Position numbers and translations under genes: made by a program. Source: Eledone cirrhosa (taxonomy: Eukaryota). Taken from it: a stretch of 64,000 nt of DNA. The notes below the pieces were generated by a model. The model was not told the origin of the DNA, made no database searches, and was given only the letters and a program-made list of their open reading frames with translations. The stretch spans positions 256,246,001 to 256,310,000 of the forward strand of contig OZ024742.1 of NCBI GenBank assembly GCA_964016885.1, written 5' to 3'. Each line of letters begins with the position of its first letter. Within the stretch, counting starts at the first letter, position 1. Shown one piece after another: positions 57,548-64,000 of this stretch.

Positions 57548-58254
57548 GTGTACAAACTGATGATCTAACTAATGTAAACTGGAGTGGAACTCCTTCGGTT
57601 TCAGTGATGAATGCTATAATGGTTCTATCAAGTGAATAACCGACTCATGAGATGAACGCTTAACTGTTTGAGCATTACACTCAACGCAATTCTCTGTGAA
57701 ATTCGCTATGTCATATTGTTGGTCAAGGTTGGCTGGCCCTTTTATTATTCTGTACAGTCCATCATGTATTAAGTTTGAATAGGATTATGTGTGATCCACT
57801 CTCTGAATAAGCAGATTCTTGTAATTCCAGATACAGCGCCCCCATTTATTATAGTGTATATGACTGTACATTTCAAATATACGTGTTATTCTCCGAGCGT
57901 TTCAGCATGATACTTATTGTGTGACAAATAGAGCCCTGTGAAGCATAGGTTAAGTTCATTCAACAGGATTCTGGACAGTCTCCCTCTACCCAAAATCAAT
58001 CACTGGGCTGGAAACAATTGTACATGTCAAGATCGAATGTGATTCAACCCGGGACGTAATGATTGTGAAAGGAAATGCCTAGCCATTTAGCCACACATAT
58101 ATATAGGGACTAAAATTCATTCTACAAAACATTTATTTTATTCCAATGGCAATACTTCCAAACAAATATCGGGTACTGCAATTGTATAAAAACTGGAATT
58201 TCAGAAATAAGAACAATCCAAATTCATAAATTACTTGATTTCCACAAATATTTG

Positions 58255-58830
58255 TTTGACATGTGGAAACGCTACTTGGAGGCTGCCTCATTCTATGGAC
58301 GCACACACTTGACCAAATCGATGAATTGAAGACACAAATCAACAGCATCAATAATAATATCAAATTCGCAACGGAATTTAGTCAAAAGCAAATTCCATTC
58401 CTGGACACACATTTCCAAATTGACATTCACCATAAACCAAGATATTCTAAACAAAGATTTCCTTTTCAGCTCAAGTCACCCGAAACACACGATCACAAAT
58501 ATTGCCTTTAATCTAGCATGAAGAATCTCTACAATTGTCTCGAATTATGGAACTTGGAGTAAAAGACTCAAAGAACTAACATAAATTCTACTTGAAAGAC
58601 AAAATGCATCATTATTAATAGACATTGGAACAGAACGTATCAAATCAATATACATTCAAGAATTACGATTAACAAAAACAACTCCATGCAATAGTTTACC
58701 CTATATATTAACTCACAATCAAAGAAATGGAGAAGCATACACTATTCACAAGAACATCCAACAGGAACCCGAAATGAAAATAGAAATTGAAACAAAACAA
58801 TCAAAAGCAAACGACAACGAAAAATGCTTA
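58255..58830 (+). pseudogene. old Penelope-like RT relic
   Basis: CLILWTHTLDQIDELKTQINSINNNIKFATEFSQKQIPFLD aligns with CFIIWTESLDTLDEFNILLNNLHPSLQFTKEMSRTKLPFLD. Confidence 0.8.
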
Positions 58831-59048
58831 GAAACTACTCAGTAGCACCGCGATACTCACGCTTTTTTATCCAAAAGCACCGCCAACTTTAGTTTCTAAT
58901 TACGTGATGAAGGGCAGTCTATCAAATTATACTTTAAAATTGAGCCACTTTTCACTGCGAAAGAAAATGCATGTTTACTTATATTATAATAGTATGTTAT
59001 AATAGAAAGAAAAACCTAGGTAGAATTTTGAATATGATTTACAATAAA

Positions 59049-59235
59049 TAATTGTTTCTACTTTAGGCACAAGGCCAGCAATTACCCAGTGCATTACTGG
59101 TACTCTATTTTATCGACCTCGTAAGGATGAAAGGTTAAGTCAACCTCGGCGGGATTTGAACTCAGATCGTAAAGGGACGTAACTATGCTGGAAAGCATGG
59201 CGTCCGACTCTCTACCGATACTGCCCATCTACCCA
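59049..59235 (-). mobile_element. full-length SINE family 1
   Basis: Near identical to 30261-30443. Confidence 0.9.
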
Positions 59236-59324
59236 CTGTGATCGAAGATTTGTAACCCACTAAGACTTAGCGCAGTAGACGCACCTTTTACTCTTTACAC
59301 TGTTGATGTCAAATTTATACAGAT

Positions 59325-60060
59325 AATATGGGATGCCATCCATGGCAACAAGGCCTCGGTCAGGCTAGCGCACCAGCTCACCTCACATTACCAGTAACAC
59401 CTCGCATGTTTTCACTCGAACCGCGCACGTTACAGCTATGCCTGGCTCAAAGCTTTAACTTCCTGTTCAACTGTTACTAGCTGGATAATGATAGACAGCG
59501 AATCAGGGTTTCCCTAAGATTTGGCCTCCAGATCTGAGAACCACATAAATGCCGCTGCAGATTCACCGTAGACTCTTTCAGCATCCACTCGCCCTTCTGC
59601 CGCTACAGTGACGGTCACCGTCCTCAGCATGCTGTTATCAATGAGGTCATCAATCATGCCTGGGATGGCGTAGATTTCCCCACCCAGTTCGAGTCGCTGG
59701 AACTAGACCGAGGTGAGAGCAAAAGGCCAGATAGTAAACCCCGTTATCTGGTATGCCACATGCAGTGGCACATTCTCCAGCGGCATCCTGTTGCAGTCTG
59801 CGACTAACACAGACTCTGCTGCATGTCGGGCCGAGAAAAGTATATTCTCCACATATCGGTCGCTCTCCAACAGGTTTCCAGTGACAGTGGTATCCTTGAT
59901 CATGCTCACTACTTCGGCACAGATTTGGTTACTCGGAGGTGTGAACCTTGCGAGTTGGAATGTCTTTTTCAGCACGCCTCCCTCATCATCCACCGAGGAA
60001 ACGGCTTTTCTATTCTGTCCGACGGTGTCGCTGGGCGGCTCGTGTGTTGGCGTGCATTTG
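59325..60060 (+). mobile_element. diverged CRE-like 3' fragment
   Basis: Colinear with about 25345-26110 (TGGGATGCCATCCA, GGTTTCCCTAAG, AAAAGGCCAGAT, GTCTGCGACT). Confidence 0.75.
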
Positions 60061-61182
60061 CGCACAATAGAGAGAGATGGGTAGAGTGGGAGAGACGGAC
60101 GCAGTGACCATGGGAGTTTCGTTCATCTGTGTTCGGACCTGGTGTATATTTATGTTCTCCCAGAAACAAAATGTATGTGAGTGGACCAAGCATAATAATA
60201 AAAATCGAGATTATATATCGAGGTCTAATTAAATACATACTGTTAATGTGTTTATAAGCATGTAGAGGTCTCAAAAAGATTAAGCGAAAACTAAGAAACA
60301 ATATTTGTAAATACGAGGGCTATCGCCAGTATACAGAAATTGACAATGTACGGTAGATAACATTTGTTGAAGAATTAATGTTTAACTAGAGTTATATTCT
60401 GGTGACAATCAATTTTTGTTACTGAAGTTCTACAAAAATTACAATAACACCGATTAGGTATAAATTAGAAATATATACTTGAGGATAATGAATTAAATAT
60501 GAAGGGAATTTAACAATATAATATTTATATATTTGAATTAAAGACTTACATTATTAATAAAGAAAATAACTTATTATTTAAGAAGATAACACAACCACCA
60601 GACTTTAGTTCCCGTGATATAAACATAACAAAATATATAAAAATGTATTTCTTTAAAAATATGTTTACGCTCAAATTACAATTATTTACCTACAATAACA
60701 CATCAAATAAAATGAACAATTTTCCATCAATTTTTGTTTTGATGAATTAATTCATTTAAAAGAGAACTATAGAATTGAATATATGTTTAATTTAAACCAA
60801 CATATATTAATAACACAACGAAGACTATATTTCATAAGTTCTTTTTATACGCAATTAGCCATAACTATTTCTGTAGTGAGATCCTTGGTTGACGATACCA
60901 TGGCGGGACTTTTACAGATGACCCAATTTTGTCTAAGTAACTCTATTGCGTATGTAGAAAAACGTTTAGTAGAGGGAAGTTTATTTCCATAAAAATTCAT
61001 TACAATGCCTGACAGATGGATAACATAATCGGCAATCTAAAGAATTATTGTCATATGTTGCGTCATGACACCACGACGTAAACTTTTTCTCCGCAGAAAT
61101 ATGTAGCAAGGTTAATTGCATAATTAAATAACTTATGGAATCTACACACACACACACACACACATTATATATATATATATAT

Positions 61183-61385
61183 ATTCATTAAAATAACAGA
61201 TTAAAATTTAAGCAAAGAATCGCTGCTTTCACTCGTAACGGGATCTTCTGAAACCCGTTAAGTGTGAAAGCAGCGATTATTTGCTTAAACTTTAATCTGT
61301 TATTTTAATAAATATTCGGTCTAGGGTTCTTATATATTTGATATATATTTATCCTTATCGAGTCCTCTTGTATTTACCTATCTAT
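61183..61385. mobile_element. family Z fold-back mini-element with tail
   Basis: Arms about 61183-61242 and 61253-61313. The tail is homologous to 30720-30780. Confidence 0.85.
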
Positions 61386-62690
61386 ATATATATATCTGTA
61401 TGTATATATATGTTACTAGATATTAATTCTTTATAATTATCTCCAAATTATTTGTCGAGCAATATTGGCCAAGACTGCTGCTATGGTAGCAGGCAGGCCG
61501 CTGTCTTATTAACAAACCACTTTCCACTGATTGACCTCGATGTCACGTGATTGATTCTTCTTGAATTTGCCACCGACGCAGAGGCAGTGATTTTCTCAAT
61601 GGCTAGGATTTCAGTCCACGCTTTGCTATTTTTTATCCACTGAATTATTTTTGTATAAGTTTCCAGAGTCCACGCTTTGCCTGGATACTTAGCTGAGAAT
61701 AGTCTTCCCTGACGACGAAATGCTTCTCAATATTTTCTTCGGAAAGTATATTTATTCCATTTCAGAAACTAATTAGTTGGGATTGAAATTTTAGTAAGTA
61801 AGTTAATTTTATAATTTTCTTATTTTACGTCTCTCATATATATATATATATAAGCAAAAGAGATATTCAATTTGTTGGTAATTCAACATATATAGATGTT
61901 TATATCTGATTCAGAGCACTCGACAGTTTTTCTGGAGTATACAATTCAATGATATTAAATAAATGGAATCTATATTTATAAAACCATATTTATTCTATTA
62001 TATATATTTCAAGGGTACCAATACTTCGGTAAGCTTTCATCAGAAACAATACAAAGTTTGTTTTATAAATGTTGTATTTACCAAGAAAAGATACCTTAAC
62101 GGTTCAAGTTTTCTTTGGATAGTGAAGGGATAAGAGAAGAAAAGAAAGATATTTCAAATTATTAAGATGAGTATGCAAATGTATAGGGCTGAAAAAAACG
62201 TTATTTTAGACGCTATGCAGAATTTAAATAATTAGGATATATGGATATATGAGTAGGAAGAAGAAAAAGAGCTTGTATTTACGTTAATTTAAAAGGAATT
62301 AACAATTTGGGGGAATGGTGGCATATGATTCCATAATTTAAATATATTTAGCTATATTATGAGTTATAATATTGTATATATATCAACTAGATTATATGAA
62401 GAATTATGGTTGTAAGTATATTTTATCTTATTACATTACAATGGGTTATAAGTATATAAATATCTATATAGATGAGTAATTGAGTTACGAAGGGTGTTGA
62501 TTTTTCATTTTACATAAAAAACAGATGGTTCAAGTTGTAAGAGGAGAACAATTTGTAGATTCAAATATTTTGTTCCAACATTTAAAATGTTTTCAGAATA
62601 TTGTTAATTTAGCGAAGTTATATAGTTTATCGTACATATTATATCATGTTTATGAAAAGGGAAAGATAACTCCAATCTTGTTTGTTAACC

Positions 62691-62872
62691 CGGATTGGCA
62701 GTATCGGTAGAGGGTCGGACGCCATGCTTTCCAGCATAGTTACGTCCCTTTACGATCTGAGTTCAAATCCCGCCGAGGTTAACTTTGCCTTTCATCCTTA
62801 CGGGGTCGATAAAATAAAGTACCAGTAATGCACTGGATAATTGCTGGCCTTGTGCCTAAAGTAGAAACAATT
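62691..62872 (+). mobile_element. full-length SINE family 1
   Basis: TGGCAGTATCGGTAG A-box, GAGTTCAAATCC B-box, conserved core. Confidence 0.9.
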
Positions 62873-63179
62873 AAATGTGATGAATATAGAGAACATTATA
62901 TATTATTTTGTGTGAGATTAAATTTTTAGTCGAAAGATGTGTGAACGTTTGAAGATGAAAAGAAGAGGAAAAACGTAATGTGCATTTCGAAGAACTATCG
63001 TAAACAGGATACATTTTCAGAATGTCAATTAAAGATTATCAATCTACATCTAAATAAATATTGAGAGCGGTATCACTAGGAAAATAATGTCAAAAGTAAA
63101 AAAATATAAAAAAAATATTTAAAAATATTAAAACTTTCACACATCTTTCGACTAAAAAAATTAATCTTGAGATGGAAAC

Positions 63180-64000
63180 AGGGAGTCAGAGCAGGGGTGG
63201 GTAACATTCCCGAGATCCACAGACGAGTTCTCTCCAGCGGTCTCTGCCCCTCATCACCGAAGCCATGTCTGCGTCTCCGTGAGACCGGTGTCTGTTGTTA
63301 GGGCATCAGTATATGTCAATCTCGGTATCCATTTTCTAGCGTGTCCGTGTAGGAGCTTCCACAGGAGCAGTGAGTGCAGTATCAGCTCTAGATATCGGTG
63401 ATCATATCTAACTAACCATAGTCTGCTCTGTGTTACTTTCGAGCTGAATTTTGGGAGGCACCCATACAGCTCTGTGTTCTACATTCTCAGTGTATACTGA
63501 TTAACGTTCAGAGCTATCTTCAGCATTGTTATGTAACACCCATCCACCATCTGAGTGAGTTTCTTGGTTAGTGTCCAAGTCTCAGACCGGTACAACAGCA
63601 CAGACTCCACTGTAGCAACGAAGCAGAAGTGTCAGAGTAGTTGATGCAGGAGGTGGAGACTGTATCGATAAGAGTTGGGCTGAGAATGAATGAGATTAAG
63701 ACGAAGTATCTGGTACAGAATATTAAGAAGCCAGTGAAGATTACTAATGTAGGCGGGAAGCCGCTAGAATTGGTTGAGGACTTCCTATATCTGGGGGCAA
63801 AGATTGGGAATACGGAAGATTATCTGGTTGAGAGGAAAAGCAAAGCCTGGGCAGCGTGCCATAGCTTGAGATCGGTGTGGATGTCGGACCTTCGTAAATA
63901 CCTGAAGAACCACCTCTTCTTTGCTGTAGTAGAGTGTGTGGTGCTGTACGGGTCTGAAACTTTGACACTGACCAAGAAACTCACTCAGATGGTGGATAGG
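63180..64000. mobile_element. RTE-like LINE 3' fragments in head-to-head orientation
   Basis: Plus: LELVEDFLYLG...VVLYGSETLTLTKKLTQMVD. Minus: FVATVESVLLYRSETWTLTKKLTQMVDG. Confidence 0.75.

Noticed and set aside
61690-62050. CTGACGA (61709, +) and CTGATGA (about 62040, -) motifs
   Set aside because: Stem I cannot be formed convincingly or GAAA is missing, so there is not enough support.

Overview
AT-rich, microsatellite-dense eukaryotic DNA with no convincing host gene. The tRNA-derived SINEs and repeat landscape suggest an animal, probably a cephalopod such as Octopus (inference). The window is a retroelement graveyard. It holds two clades of Penelope-like elements (PLEs): two large Neptune-like loci and one Hydra-like locus, plus relics. 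It also holds CRE-, R4/Dong-, RTE- and Tx1-type LINE relics, a mariner relic, a MITE and many SINEs. Most ORF-track entries are (TA)n/(CA)n artefacts. The main hidden signal is RNA structure. Reading both strands by hand, I find about 20 type I hammerhead ribozyme motifs from roughly ten unrelated sequence families, about ten with an intact catalytic core and most with a palindromic stem III. Many sit in short non-coding head-to-head fold-back cassettes inserted in (TA)n. These cassettes follow one rule: one arm ends at an internal TA-rich site and the other carries an extra tail. The large PLE loci follow the same rule, which suggests a shared hammerhead/PLE mobilisation system. Both Neptune-like copies also share one in-frame UAG inside an RT motif. 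All pairings and alignments were done by eye, and coordinates of degenerate relics are approximate.
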